Assembly: GCA_026770705.1 (NCBI GenBank)
Contig: JANJGN010000075.1
Coordinates: forward strand, 1,612,001 to 1,676,000
Direction of reading: 5' to 3'
Source of the DNA: Isurus oxyrinchus
Taxonomy: Eukaryota
Length of the DNA: 64,000 bases
The number at the start of each line of letters is the position of its first letter. Positions within the stretch are counted from its first letter, which is position 1. Position numbers and translations under genes: made by a program. A model generated the notes under the pieces. It saw nothing but the letters and a program-made list of their open reading frames with translations, was not told the DNA's origin and did no database searches. Below are positions 27,601 through 40,867 of the stretch, piece by piece.

Positions 27601-30170
27601 CGCTGACAGTTCTGTTAGAGACTTTGGGTGAGGTTTAGAACAGGCGGGGTTAATGGGCGGTGGGCAGGGGTATGGGAGTGGAAGTGGGACATTTGTAATT
27701 CGACTCTGCCAGCCTGCCTGTATCACTGTAACCCACAGTATGAAAGGGCAAGGGCTGCAAAATGGGAAATATCTGTATAAAACGTCTCTCCTGGTCCAGC
27801 ACAGACACATGGTGAATTAGGTGATGAAAATGAAAAAAAATTAAATTCCACCCCATAAAATGTGGGTGTTTGCAATGTTTGTTCATGGGATAAAGAGTCC
27901 GTTGCACCTGCCGAGGGCCCGCTGCAAATTTCAATCCCTTGCAGCGATCACACCTCATCAGCCTGTGCCCAGATCTCGCCAGCCAGTGACTGAAACTCTC
28001 TGAGACTGGCAAAGAGAAGCGGCTGCAGTTGCTGTGACCTGCCAACAGACGGTGGCATTGGATAACTTTCATCCCAGGAAAGTTTCTCCAACCTGTGGAG
28101 AGTTAAAATTTCACTTTCCATCTCCCCAATTTAGTAATTTACTGTGGGAGGATGAATGTAAAGACCTTACAATATTGGCTTAATAAAATATTTACTGGAG
28201 GCTTGAATGAGTGGATGTTGTATTTTAGGCTGATTAAAACAATTACTGGGAGGGGGAGGTGAATGTGCGGAGATTATATTTGAGTCTTCATAAAACATTT
28301 ACTGGTGGGTGGGGTGAAGATGTGGGATTATACTTGGGGCTTTAACAGCTCCAGAAGTAATTGAAATATCATTTAGACTCTGTGTGTTTATTGTGTGGTG
28401 GGGAAAATTCACTTGTTTCACCAGAGTCAAAGCCGGATTTTCGAAAGGGAGACTCTTGCTGAAAATTCCATTAGAAACTATGGGTGAGGTTTAGATCTGG
28501 GAGGGTAAATAAGTTGGGGCGGATGAGCGGGAAGTGGAGGTGGGGCATTTGTATTTCGACCGACTGTATCACTGCAATCCACAGGTTAACAGGGCCAGAG
28601 CTGCAAAATGGGAAAGGCCTATTTAAATCATCTCTACTGGGCCGGCACCGACACAGAGTGAATAAAGGTGGTAAAATGTAAAAATTACATCTCGTCCCAT
28701 ACTATGTGGGTGTTTCCACTGCTTGTTTCTGTGATAAGGAATGGGGTGAAAATTTGAGAAAATTATCCTGGGAACGTATCCATCAGAAACCTTTAGCAAG
28801 ATGAGCTGTGTGGGATTAAATATTGACAATGTCTTTCTGAGGATTTGCAGATCACAGCAAAGTTATCCTAACACTGGGAGCAGTGTCTGAAATCGGCACC
28901 AAACGTCCACCTTGCAGCCTGGAATAATCTCACAAACACCATCTCCAGACAATATCCGATGCAATGGGGAAAGAAGAGCACAGCTCATGGGGCGAATGCG
29001 CCAGTCGATCGCCTGCTGGAAATTTCAATTCCCTTTGCAGTGTTCAAACCCCATCAGCCTGTCCCTAGACGCAGCCAGCCAATGACTGAACCTCTCTGAG
29101 ACTGGCAAAGAGCAGCGCCTGCAGTAGCCGTGCTCCGCCAACAGATGGCGGCATTGGATCCCTTTCAGCTCAGGAAAGTTCCTCAACCTGTGGAGAGTTT
29201 ATCTTTCACTTTCCATCTCCGCCATTATCAATTTATTCATTTACGGGTGAATGTGTGGAGATTATATTTGTTTTTTTTAGTAATCCATTTATTGTTTGGG
29301 GGTTTTAGGGGTGTGGTGATTATATTTGGGGCTTTAACAACTCCAAAAATAATGAGGGGAATCAATGAGACTTTGTGTGTTTATTGTGCGGTTAGGAAGA
29401 TCCGCCTGATTCACCAGAGTCGACGCCAGTGTTCGAAAGGGAGACTCGCTGACAATTCTGTTAGTGAATTTGGGAGAGGTTTAGAACTGGCGGGGTAAAA
29501 TGTTTGGGGGTGGGGCGGTCAAGAGTGGAAGTGGGGTATTTCACTTCAACTCTGCCCGTCTGGCTGTATCACTGTAACTCACAGGATCACAGGACAAGAG
29601 CTGCAAAATGGGAAAGGTCAGTATAAATCTTCTCTCCTTACTTGGCACAGAGACAAGGTGAATAAAGGTGGTAAAGATGTAAAAAGTAAATTCCGCCCCA
29701 TTAACGTGGGTGTTTCCAATGTTTGTTCCTGGGGTAAAGAGCCGGTGTGAGAAATGGAGAAAATTATCCTGGGATTGTATTCATTAGAAACTTTTACCAA
29801 GATGCAGTGTGTGTCAGTGGAGGGGGGGCGGCTGCAGGGGTGGGGTGGTGAAGGGTGTGGGGCTAAACATTGACAATGATATGCTGAGGATTTACAGAGC
29901 ATTGTAAAGTTATCCTGACACTGGGACCAGTGCCTGAAATCGGTATCTAACGCCCACATTGCCACCTTGAATAATTGCCCAAACATCATCTCCCGACAAT
30001 GTATCCAACAAGGAAAGAGGAGCAGAGCTCTTGACAGTATCCCCTGCTAAAGAGGCGAATGCACCAGCCGAGAACCCGCTGCAAATTTCAATCCATTTTG
30101 CAGCGTTCACTCGCCATCATTCTCTGCCCAGACCCAGCCACCCAGTTACTGAACCTCCCTGAAACTCCCA
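24676..30170. repeat. Macro-repeat, ~5.5 copies of a 0.75-1.2-kb unit
   Basis: Recurrent blocks gtctggctgtatcactgtaaccc, caccagagtcgacgcc, gtggagagttaaact; anchors at 25043, 26229, 27286, 28042, 29138. Confidence 0.92.
25025..29153 (+). promoter_or_regulatory. Five co-oriented CTCF-like sites (upstream motif + core)
   Basis: TGCAGTAGC-like 9-mer begins exactly 18 bp before a CCA(G/A)CAGATGGC(A/G)GCA-like core at 25043, 26229, 27286, 28042 and 29138. Confidence 0.6.
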
Positions 30171-30349
30171 ACGTCAGACCTGTAGTTAGGTCACAGAGTC
30201 GCCATTTCATGGTCGCCAAGGTTGGAAAGGCTGAATGGCCTCTTCTTCACATTGTCATAGAATTCAACAGGTGTTTATTACTAAAGTAAGCGGCTGGATC
30301 ATCTGGGGTGTGGTTCTGTGGTAGGGAGCATGATTTTCTCACGTGTGAG

Positions 30350-31275
30350 AACAGAGTAGAAGAGTTTATATGAGCAGGAGAAGGTCATTCAGCAAACAAG
30401 CCTGTTGCACAATTAAATAAATCGCACGATCATACGAAATAAATGCAGAAGCAGGCCATTCGGCTCATCAATAAAATTAAATAAGGCCCTGACTCATATG
30501 TTTGTGCTTCGAATTTCACATTCCCATGTACGCCAGAAAACCACTGACTCCCTTGCTAATTAGATTCTATGTACCTCCGCCTTAAAAGTATGTAGTGACC
30601 CCATCGGAGACAGAGAGTTCCAACATCTCACTGCCTTCTGAGAGAAAAAGATAATCTCCACATCTCTGTCCTAAAAGGTCGACCCCGAAGTTTAAAACAG
30701 GGCCCCCTGGTTCTAGACTCTCTCACCAGCAGAAACATTCTTTCCACATTCAACTTTTGCAGACAATTCAGGATCTGATGCAATTAAATGAAGCAACCCC
30801 TTGCTCTTCTAAACTCCAGTGGAAACAAGCCCAGTCTATCCATTCTTCCCTCATATGACAACCCGCTCATTCCAGGTCAAAATCTAATAAACCTCCTCTG
30901 AACCGCCTCCAACTCATGGCTGATCTTGTACCTCAACAGGATTTTCCTGCACTATCCACATGTCCCCTGATGTTTTTAATATCTTGAAATCTGTTTAGAA
31001 AACACGCGATAACTGAGCCTCTGCATCCCTCTGGGAGAGAGATTGTAAATATTCACCATCCTCTGAGTGAGGGAATCCCTCCACATCTCAGTTCTTAATG
31101 GTGTGTCCCTTATTCTGAGACTGTGTCTCCTGGTTCCAGACCCGCCAACCAGAGAACCATACTTCCTGCATCGAACTTGTTGAGCCCGGTAAGAATGTTG
31201 TGTGCACCAATGAAATCACTCGAGAGAATAAAGGCCCACTCCCCTCCATCTCTCTTCATACGACAAACAGCCGTT
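30350..31275 (-). mobile_element. CR1 LINE 3' fragments
   Basis: Reverse-complement CR1 tails (gcaggccattcggc) and ttcctcata..acaacccgctcattccagg. Confidence 0.8.
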
Positions 31276-31857
31276 TTCGTTGCTCTGCCTCTGTGTCACG
31301 TAAACCCTCACATCGGTCGTGAGACCAAAACTTTACCAAAATCCCGTGTTTCCAAGAATTGATGCAATTCTCATTAGTCTTATCTACTCCAGTAAAAAAC
31401 TTCTCTGCCACTCAAGCCCAACTTACCGTTTGCCTCGCTAAGTACTCGCTGTGCTGTTATGACAGCAAAATATAGGCAGCCACAGGCTGCCAACTGGAAA
31501 AAACCGTGTACGGGTTATCTTAAATCCCCTCAGCTTCAGACCCAAAGGCATTGGCCACAGATCCCATTGTCAGATCAAGATCCAGAGATCCTGGACTTTT
31601 TTTTGCACAGTCTCCTTGAGTTCCGGACATCCAGCCAATGTTTTCAAATGGCCCATATCTCAGTCAGAAATGTCACACCACTGAGACAAAGGTAAACTTA
31701 CCGTGCCTGTTCGTCCAGCAAAATGATACAATGGCGGTTAAATGCATTCAGATTGCAAATCATTCAGGGCTTAAGTTGAAGAACAAACAAGACTGGAGCT
31801 CTAAAGAGGCCCTCTCTCCCTACCTACATTCGTTGTTTTAATGTATAGCTGGTTAAT

Positions 31858-31915
31858 GTGGATTTAGCTCAGTGGTAGAACGCATCCTTAACATGTAGGA
31901 AGCCCGCCATCTCCA
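31858..31915 (+). pseudogene. tRNA-Ala-derived pseudogene (T-arm deleted)
   Basis: gtggatttagctcagtggtagaacgcatccttaacatgtaggaagccc/gccatctcca vs vertebrate tRNA-Ala GGGGATGTAGCTCAGTGGTAGAGCGCATGCTT...GGCATCTCCA. Confidence 0.7.
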
Positions 31916-31924
31916 CACTTTTGT

Positions 31925-32850
31925 CACTCATGTGGGCGTGCCCGATTCTGCCCAGCATTTATTGCCCAATCTTATTTCCCTTGAGAAGCTTGTAGTGAGC
32001 TGTGCCCTTGTTCCACTGCAGTCCATGTGGTGTAGGTAAACCCACGGCGCTGTTCGGGAGGCAGTTCTTGGAATTTGACACAGCGACAGTGAAGGAACGA
32101 CACATCTATGTCCAAGTCAGGACGGTGAGTGGCTGGGAGGGGTCCTTCCAGGTGGTGGTGTTCCCATGTGTCTGCTGCCCTTGTCCTTCTAGATATTGGA
32201 GGCCGTCGATTTGGAAGATGCTGTCTATGGAGCCTTGGTGTGTTTTTACGGATCATTTTGTACGTGGTACACATTGTTGCCAGTGTTTCTTGGTGTTGCA
32301 GCGAGTGAATGACTCTGGATGTGGTGCCAAAATAGCGGGCTGCTTTGACATGGATGTTGTCAAGCTGCTTCAGTGTTTTTCGAGCTGCACTCACCCAGGC
32401 AATTGGGAAGTACTCCAACACTCTTCGCTTGTGCTTTACAGATAGTGGACAGGCTTTGTAGTATCACGAGGTGAGTTACTCGCCGCTGGATTCTCAACAT
32501 ATGACCTGAGCTTTTATGGCTACTTCAGCTCAGTTTCTGGTCAATTGTAACCCCCAGGGTGTTGATAGTGGGGGATTCATCGATGCTAATACTATTGCAC
32601 GTCAAGGGACGATGGTTATCTTCTCTCTTCTTGCAGATGGTCACTGCCTGGGACTTCTGTGGTTGAATCTTACTTGCCACTTGTCAACTCAAGCCTTAAT
32701 ATTGTCCGGGTCTTGCTTCATTTGGACTGCTTCAGTGCCTGAGGAGTCATGAATGGTGCTGTACATTGTGCAATCGTCAGCAAACATCCCCATTCCTGAC
32801 CTTATGATGGAAGGAATGTCCTTTATGAAGCAGCGGAAGGTGTTTTGGCC
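31925..32850 (-). mobile_element. HER1-like (CR1-related) LINE 3' part
   Basis: RT motif MFADDCT (ORF 32689-32904), EYFPIAWVSAA...LDNIH, and a 3' tail shared with the HE1-like SINE. Confidence 0.85.
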
Positions 32851-33079
32851 GACGGCTTTCCAAATGCCATCCAAATTGTTGATAGAACACAGGACGTGTT
32901 TCATTCCATTAACCTTAAAATGCAGGAATACACAAAATATAGGAAAGAAACAGTGGTTACAGAACAGGAAGGGGCCATTCGCCGCATCATATCTGTTTTG
33001 ACTCTCATTTGATTACTCAAAAGAGAGAAAAAAGGAACAGCTGGGACTAAAGGACCGAAGGGATGGTTGCTAATCTTGC

Positions 33080-33915
33080 TGTTGGAACAAAAGTAGGTGG
33101 GAAAGTAAGTGGTGATAAGGACATAAGGAGGCAACAAAGGGTTATGGATAGGACAGGCGAATGGGCCAAGATCTTCGAAATGATGAGAGATGCAGTGAGA
33201 TCCGGATGTTCTGGTGCATGAGTCACACAAAAAAATTATGCAGGATCAGCAAGTGTTTAGGAAAGCGAATAAAATGTTAGAATTTATTGCGATGGGATTT
33301 GAGTACAAATATAGGGAGGTCATACTTCAGTTGAATAGCGCATTGGTGAGTCTATGTGTGAAGTACTGTGTGCAGTGCTGGTCTCCTGATTTATGGAAGT
33401 GTGTAAATATGTTGGAAGAAGTTCAGAGGAGGTTTACGAGACTAATACCAGGAATGAGCGGTTTGTCTTATGAGGAAAGGCTGGAGAGCTTGGCATGCAT
33501 CCACTGGAGTTTAGAAGTGTAAGAGGGGACTTGATTGAAACATAAGAGGTCCTGAGGCATGTAGACAGGGCGGATGTGGAGAGGGTGTTTCCTCTTGAGG
33601 GAGAATCTCGAACTAGGGGTCGCCCTTTGAAAATAATGGGTCGCCCATTTTAGACCAAGGTGGGGAGAATGCTTTTATTTCTATCGGGGGGTGGTGAGAC
33701 TTTGGAACTTTCTTCCTCAAAAGGTAGTGGAGGACGAGACTGTGAATATTTTTAAGGCAGATGTGGTTAGTTTCTTGATTAACAAGGGGGTGAAAAGGTT
33801 TAATCGGGCATTGGCGGGAATCTGGGATTTAGGTTATCAATCAGATCATCCGCGATCTGATTGAATTGCAGAACCGGCTCGACATAACGAGTGGTTTACT
33901 CCGGCTCCTAATTGG
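33080..33915 (+). mobile_element. CR1 LINE 3' end
   Basis: KANKMLEFI...YCVQCWSP...LEEVQRRFTRLIPGMSGLSYEERL. Confidence 0.88.
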
Positions 33916-34323
33916 GTTCCCTAATTGCCCCGGGGGGATTAAGAGCAAGAGTAGGACGTTCTGTACTCGAACCTGCTCCACCATTCTATAAGAACATGGC
34001 TGACCTGATTTGGGTCTCAACTCCACTTCCCTGTCTGAGCCCCACCCCACCCACCCGAACCCACCCCACCCCACCCTTCCCCAACCGCACACATGCCCCT
34101 CGAATCCATTGACTATAAGCAACGCAGACTCTCTTTATCAGCTTTGAACATATTTAACGTCCACTGCTCTCTGGGGAAGAGGATTCTACAGATTAGCGGC
34201 CTCTCAGAGAAAATGGAGTCGATTCACAAACAGTGACTCAATGACTGAAGCATCGCCAAGGATCAATAACATTCTCTGCCCTTGTGTAGACTTCGAAATT
34301 ACAGTGAAGTAAGCATGGAGATA

Positions 34324-34383
34324 TGGGATTGGAGGTCTATGGTAAAGCGCATGCTTCGCATGCTTCGATCCTCGGCATCTCTA
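34324..34383 (+). pseudogene. tRNA-Ala(CGC)-derived pseudogene, internal deletion
   Basis: tggtaaagcgcatgcttcgcatg/cttcgatcctcggcatctcta. Confidence 0.65.
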
Positions 34384-35273
34384 TGTTACCAGCTGTCAAA
34401 ATTTAAACATGCATTAGATGTAAATTAAAGACAACACCGGACAACCCGCTTCGGCGGGTTAAATGAGTCGATAGTCCAGGTTCATCTGCGTCTTTTCACT
34501 TGGACACATTTCTTCCAAACGCGTTCTCTAAAATGCTTCCATCCTTTGATCTTTGATGCTCTCGAACCCAATAAACATACTCTCTCTTTCCTCTCTCTCT
34601 ATCTCAGCCTGGTCCTTCCCTCTTCTCCGCTTCCTCAATTCCTCAGGACACAGCTTAAAGGCTCTGGTGCAAAAGGGCTTGATCAGAACTGGCTGGACCC
34701 CTTGATCACACCATCCGGTCCTATCCTGCGTTGCTCACAGATCCGGGATCACCCTGAAATGGAATGGTATTCCTTAAAAATGACATTCGTATTTTGTTTT
34801 AGAAAGTATAATCTTGTCACAGTCAGACTCTATAGTGGTGGGGTATTAGACACAGAGACTCCCATGGAGGGGGGGGGGGGGGGAAGCTGTTGTGGGGTCT
34901 ATGGGTTGGATAAGCCCCACTCTCCGCGAAGGGTGAGAAGTGTAGGTCCACCAGGCCTCGGTGAGTGTGGGAGGAGGGGTGTGGTGGGGGTGGGTAGTAT
35001 CGCTGCCTGAGCCCTCAGTCCTGGGCTGGAGATGAACCCCAGGGCCCACTCTGCCAGTTCATTGCTCTGCTGTGGAACGTGTTGCTGTGCAAATCAGTGC
35101 TGGCCCTGCCTCCCTATTTCATGTCGCGCAGTCAAGAAAAAACGTTAATAACAACAATGTCTAAATCGTTAATATAAATGCTGGTCTGAGAGCTGATCCG
35201 GATGGAACCGCCTTTCTCTCTTCCAGTGATTCGAGTAAAATCAGGACAAGGCCAGTCGTCAAATTGTAATGTA

Positions 35274-35279
35274 TTTATT
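35274..35279 (-). terminator. Candidate polyadenylation signal AATAAA
   Basis: tttatt on the + strand, ~530 nt downstream of the candidate stop at 35812. Confidence 0.3.
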
Positions 35280-35811
35280 GTGAAAATGAAAGCGCGGGAT
35301 TGCTTTATAACCAGACTGGGATAAAATTAAAATAGCTTCCAAAGTATCTTTATTAACTATAGCAATAACAAAAATCGCTTCCCCAGCAACCAACATGAGT
35401 AAAACCCCGCTCTGAAATGGCAATGGATTTTGGCCTTCAGTTTGTGGGCGTGGAGAATTGCCTAATCTTAGCACAGAGAACGTAATCTGGCGGAGGAAGG
35501 GAATAATCAGGCAGTTGTTAAAGGGCAGGTCATCATCGGTACCAGTGGTTGAAATCAGTCCCATTCCATAAGCGTCGCCTGATCCATCTCTCCGCATCTT
35601 CATTCTGGCACTCGTCTCAGACGGGACCGGCGCCCAGGGACAGCTATTCAGTGAATGGGCTAGAACATCACCTGAGCTTGGAGTTGTCGTTAAAACTAGC
35701 TGTAGATCAAGAGTTTCCTTGCATAATCGTGGAACAGGGTGGCTCGTTCATGGTCATTAAGCAGATCGGCACTGGGCTTCTCGCTGAGGGCCCGGGACCT
35801 CTGGGATTGTT

Positions 35812-35877
35812 CTACAGCTTCACCGCTGCGTAGAGGGTGCACTCCTCACTCTGGGCATGGCTGGTATCTCGCTGACA
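35812..35877 (-). CDS. Candidate terminal exon with ITSM-type motif
   Basis: TTGCTTTCATCATCAG|CQRDTSHAQSEECTLYAAVKL*. TLYAAV matches TxYxxV just before the stop. The splice path to the TM exon was not fully traced. Confidence 0.5.
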   Translation of the reverse strand, partial: CQRDTSHAQSEECTLYAAVKL

Positions 35878-36309
35878 CTGATGATGAAAGCAATCGTGCA
35901 ATTGGTCAGAAATTCAGCAATCGTCTTAAAATGTGAGCAGAAAGAGGCAAAAACTCAGCAGCGGGCTTGGTCTTGTGATCAGATGTTAATATGAAGCAGA
36001 CCTCAATGTCAAAGGGGATTGACTGTCTGCTTCTTGTTCCTTTTCCCAGTGAAGCTATTTGCACAGAGGGGAGCTGTTTCTTGTACTAACAAGTAGGGAC
36101 TCACCAGCAAAGGCAGGGAAACAGGAGATTCCGAAAAATTTAGGAGTTTACGACCTGAGCGATAAGTACCCCACCCCTACGAAACACCACTACTCCCCAC
36201 CCCGCCAACCCGCACCCACCCCCACTCCCATTCCCCGCACAAGCTTTTTTCACTTCATTGGGAAGGGATACTCTCGGGATGTGCATTGTTAGGCCGATTC
36301 CCGATCACC

Positions 36310-36900
36310 AGAAGAATATAAAAGCACAAGGTATTAGATTAGGAGTAGGCTATTCGGTCCCTCGATAATGTTCTGCCCTTCGAAAAGGTCATAGATAATC
36401 TGATTGCGTCCTTAACTCCACATTCCGATCCCTCCCCATCACTCTTCACTCCTTTGGCAGTGTAAATTCCATCTAACTCAGCCATTAGTACATTCACTGA
36501 CCCAGCCTCTGCTGCTCTCTGAAGGAGATAATTTCACAGACTACCGATTCACTGAGATAAAAAAAATTCCTCCTCGGTTATGCATGGGAGACACCTTATT
36601 TTTAACTCCCACCCCCTCCCCCAGGTCTATTTTCTCCTTGGTGTGGCAGTATCCTCTGAGTATCCACCGTGTCAAGCTCCATCACCCCACTAGAATCAAT
36701 TTGATTCCAATTTGATGATCACACTTTCGCCTGAACCGAAGTTTATATAGGCCCAACCTGATCCACCTTTCCTCATAAGTTTAGGCTCTCAAACCAGGGA
36801 TCAGCTTAGTGAAATTTCTTTGAACTGCTTCCAATGCAAATACGTCCGCTCCATAAATATTAAGATCAGGACCGCACACACGTGGTCTCACCAAAGCCCT
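36310..36900 (-). mobile_element. CR1 LINE 3' end
   Basis: aggagtaggctattcgg tail; cctttcctcataagt...ccagggatcagcttagtgaa. Confidence 0.8.
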
Positions 36901-36905
36901 ATCAG

Positions 36906-37036
36906 CTACCATTTTATCTCACAGTAAATGTTTCTACTTTTATCAATGCAGCATCAAAAAATCGAGGCAAAACAATTTCCAGGTTAGAATACATTAATGC
37001 ATGGTGCTGGACATTGGAATTTCACACTTGTTCAGT
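36906..37036 (-). pseudogene. Candidate decayed cytoplasmic-tail exon with ITIM-like motifs
   Basis: TTTCTACTTCCCAG|TEQV*NSNVQHHALMYSNLEIV... then, after a frameshift, IDKSRNIYCEIKW*. LMYSNL fits (I/V/L/S)xYxx(L/V). Confidence 0.35.
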
Positions 37037-37674
37037 CTGGGAAGTAGAAATATGACTTGCTTCGATAATAATGTTTCTTGTATTCCACACACAATCCATA
37101 TAGGAGCAATAACAGTAACATTTGAACAGTGCCTGTACCCGGTTCTATGGGGCTATATTTAAGATATACAGCTGCAAAAACGACATCTAAACTTTCAATT
37201 TACTTCATGGCCTGCACAAGGAGCAACTCTTCACTTCTTTTTCAAAGATTCGTGCCCAAATGAGGTTCGGCTGTTCAATCCACTGAGACAAATATTGTTC
37301 AGTTGGATTCTCTCCCCCGCATGCATTTCAGTGGCAATTTTAAATGTATTAAAGCTGTGATCGAAAATACATTTGTTCAATTAAACATTTACCAACGGAC
37401 AAGTCGATAATGACATTAAAAAAGAGAACAAGGACTCAGAGGGTGAATGAAGCAAAATATTGCTCACATCCTTCCAGGTGTCTGAAGGAGCAAAATAGAC
37501 AAAAGATCATCAGAGGATAGACAAAATTGCCCCCTGACCCGCGCACACCCCACTCCCTCAAGCTTCCACCCACATGTATGCACCCACATTCGCACAGGTA
37601 CTGAGGCACACACAACTCACACCGCAGAGCCCGCTCACACACACACAGACAACCCATCTGCTCATAGCACCGCC

Positions 37675-38172
37675 CCCTCAACCACCCACAGCACCCATCC
37701 CCTCAGCCGCCCACAGCAACCCCACCCCGCCTCAGCCGCCCACAGCAAACCCCCCCCACCCTCAGCCGCCCACAGCCACCCCCCCCACCCTCAGCCGCCC
37801 ACAGCCACCCCCCCCCACCCTCAGCCGCCCACAGCCACCCCCCCCACCCTCAGCCGCCCACAGCCACCCCCCCACCCTCAACCGCCCACAGCCATCCCTC
37901 CACCCTCAGCCGACCACAGCAATCCACTCTCCCCTCAGCTGCCCACAGCAACCCGCTCCCCCCTCAGCCGCCCACAGCAACCACCCACCCCTCAACCGCC
38001 CACAGCACCCCCAACCCCTCAACCGCCCACAGCACCCCCAACCCCTCAACCGCCCACAGCAACCCCAACCCCTCAACCGCCCACAGCACCCCCAACCTCT
38101 CAACCGCCCACAGCAACAGCCCCCCCCTCCACCGCCCACAGCACGCCCAACTCCTCAACCGCCCACAGCACC
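37675..38172. repeat. C-rich ~21-23-bp minisatellite
   Basis: (ccctca[g/a]ccgcccacagc[a/c]acc)n, about 22 copies; source of the Pro-rich ORF 37574-38212. Confidence 0.93.
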
Positions 38173-38984
38173 AATTGCAACTTACATCTTCTCCCTTCGG
38201 ATTTGTTTGTAGGATAAGATCAGCGACTAAATAAAACCAAAACATGTTAAAAATAACATTGATGAGTAAGTGCTGACAACATTTGTCCCTTTCAGGGAAG
38301 AGTTTGATGTCTATGGTAGGTCTGTTTTCTCGAGGATGCTTCATTAAGTAACCCTCGCTGCCAACAGATGGGAGCAAAAATCTTCAACCAGCACAAAGAG
38401 GCCTTAGATAGCTCGTGATGGAGCGAACACACTTCCAAAATTGGTCTTTCAGCCCCATGTTCTTCTCAATCAAGGAAATAGATCCTGCAGGTTTTTCCCC
38501 GGGAATGAGTAGCAGATTGACTCTGAGTGGCTCTCTATGCTTACCAGTATCACAAATTCAATATGATGTGGCAAGGTGTTACAGGCTCAACGCACAGGGG
38601 AGACCACTTAGGACTGAGCAAAGGAGAAACTTCTTCACTCAGTGCGTTGAAGCTCTGAAATGCTCTCCCACAGATGGCTGTGAAGGACAAATTACTAAAT
38701 ATATTTAAGAAGGAAATAGAATTATAGAATCTAAAAGTGTCAAGTGTTATGGAGCGAAAGAGAGAGTATGGAGTTGAGATAAGTAATCAGCCTTGATCAG
38801 ATTGAATGGTGGAGTAGGTTTTAAGAGCCGAATGATCTACGTCGGCTCCTATATTCTAGGTTTCTTTGCTTCAAGTCAGTCAGTTTAAACCTCACTTATG
38901 CCTCATATTTCACCCAGCCTCCTCTTAAAAACTTCTAAATGTTTCGGGTCGACCACTCCCAGGGCGTGTTCCATAATCCCAGCA

Positions 38985-39295
38985 TATCTGGGTAAACATT
39001 CCCAGTTGAAGTCCAACGCCCGGGTTTCCGGACGAAAAACAAAGCTGGCATAACAGTACAGCACTGAGGGGGCGCTGCACTGCTGCGTCGATCTGCAAAG
39101 AAAGGCTCCATCTGCTACCTTGGATGATGAAAATGATCCCGGGGGACCTTAGAATGGGAGTTCTCCGAGTTGTGGAGATTGATGGAAGCATGTGACTGCT
39201 GCTGCAGTCCGTAAATTAAGTTTGCTGTTTCTAATGATTAACCTCTCTGGAAAATCAGATCCATAACAATTGCAAAGCGCTTTGGAGGCGTCCAT
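38985..39295 (+). mobile_element. Degenerate DeuSINE/SacSINE1-like element
   Basis: cagtacagcactgagggggcgctgcactg core; tail gcaaagcgctttgg. Confidence 0.55.
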
Positions 39296-40795
39296 TGGTT
39301 GTGTAAATTATTTCATGAATGCAAGCCTTTCGTCTTTTTCTTTCAGATTATTACATTCATATCACACTATTGCTTCACGAGGGAGCTACCGTGTTCATCG
39401 CCTCTGATTTTTCTATCTCCCACAACTAGAAATATGATTGTGTTTCAAAGAACTCGATTAGCCAATCCCTCAGCCTCCCATTTTCATTAGCAATGAGGCC
39501 CAGCGATTCTAAACCCTGCTGAATGTTAGACATTTTTCGATCATCCTGGTAAATATTTTAGACTCACTCAAGTGTCTCTGTACATGTGTTTTTATCCTAC
39601 GCCGACCAGCATTGTTTTCGGTACTAGTTTTGCCGCACATTCCACTTAACCTTTTGACTTTTCAATTCTATCCCTTCCGAAATCACCTGCTTGGAGCGTG
39701 AAAGGAGAGTTAACTTTCGTCGCTTCATTTAGCAATTTGTATAACTGCAATTGCTGATCCACTTCCTACTCTGCAACTTTTAAGCTTTCATTTTCAATGT
39801 TTTCTGCAAACTGCTCAACATTCCCTGCCGGTTATTATTCATGACGCGCTGACAAATTTTTGAGCACAAAAGACAATTCTGTTTGTGGGAATTTCAATCT
39901 GAACTCACATGTCAGGTGTTCGTTGTTTTGCTCTCCAGAGGGCACCGCGTTCCTTCAAACAATAGAAAAGATCAGGTAGTCACTTAATCTGATATGACCC
40001 ATGTCATTAAACACATGAGGCAGGCATTGAATAGACAGGAGGCGGGATTCCCGTGTTTAGTGTAAAAGCTTTCCTGTTTGCGTGACCAGGAGCATGTTTC
40101 TATTAAACTGTGTCAAACCCAGATTATTACAGAGAACAAAGACAGAATTTATGAAGGGAATGAAACGCGCGCACATGTTTGAAATTAAGGCTGCGCGCAA
40201 AGGGTGAAGGAGCACGCGCACGAATCGGCCTCAAATGGCGGATGAGGCCGAATCTTTGAATGATCTTAAGGTAGGGAGAGAGAGATACCTGAATAGCAAG
40301 CGGGTGAAAGGTTGCTCGCCTTGGACGCACATGTGGGTTTCAGTTTCCAATTGGATCATCCATTACCGTACTGAATGGCGGAGTCGTTTCGAGGGGCAGC
40401 GTGGCCTACTCCTGTCCTTAATTCGGATCCCTAATTACCCTGGGGGGCTTAAGAACAAGGGAAGGCGATTCGGCCCTCGAACCTGCTCCGCCATTCCATA
40501 AGAACTTGGCTCACCTGATTGGGGTTTCAACTCCACTTTCCTGTCTGCCCACATGCCCCTCGACACAATTGCCTATGAACAAGACAAACTCCATTTGTCA
40601 GCCTTGAGCATATTCAGCATCCACTGCTCTCTGGGTGAGAGGGTTCCACAGAAAAAAAAAAAAACACCCTCCGAGAGAAAAAACTGGAGTTGGTTCACAA
40701 TCAGTGATTCAATGGCAGAAATATTTGAAAGGGTTAATTATATTCCTCCGCTTCTGCATTAATTCAACAACACAGTAGAGAAAGCAGGCGCAGGT

Positions 40796-40867
40796 AGGGC
40801 TGTAGCTTGGTGGTGGAGCTCTCGTTTCGCGTGCAGGAGGCCCCAGTCTCGATGTCCAGCATCTCAA
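40796..40867 (+). pseudogene. Full-length degenerate tRNA-Ala(CGC) pseudogene
   Basis: 72 nt agggctgtagcttggtggtggagctctcgtttcgcgtgcaggaggccccagtctcgatgtccagcatctcaa; collinear with tRNA-Ala but stems and B box damaged. Confidence 0.7.

Noticed and set aside
37574-38212. 212-aa Pro-rich ORF
   Set aside because: Read-through of a C-rich minisatellite.
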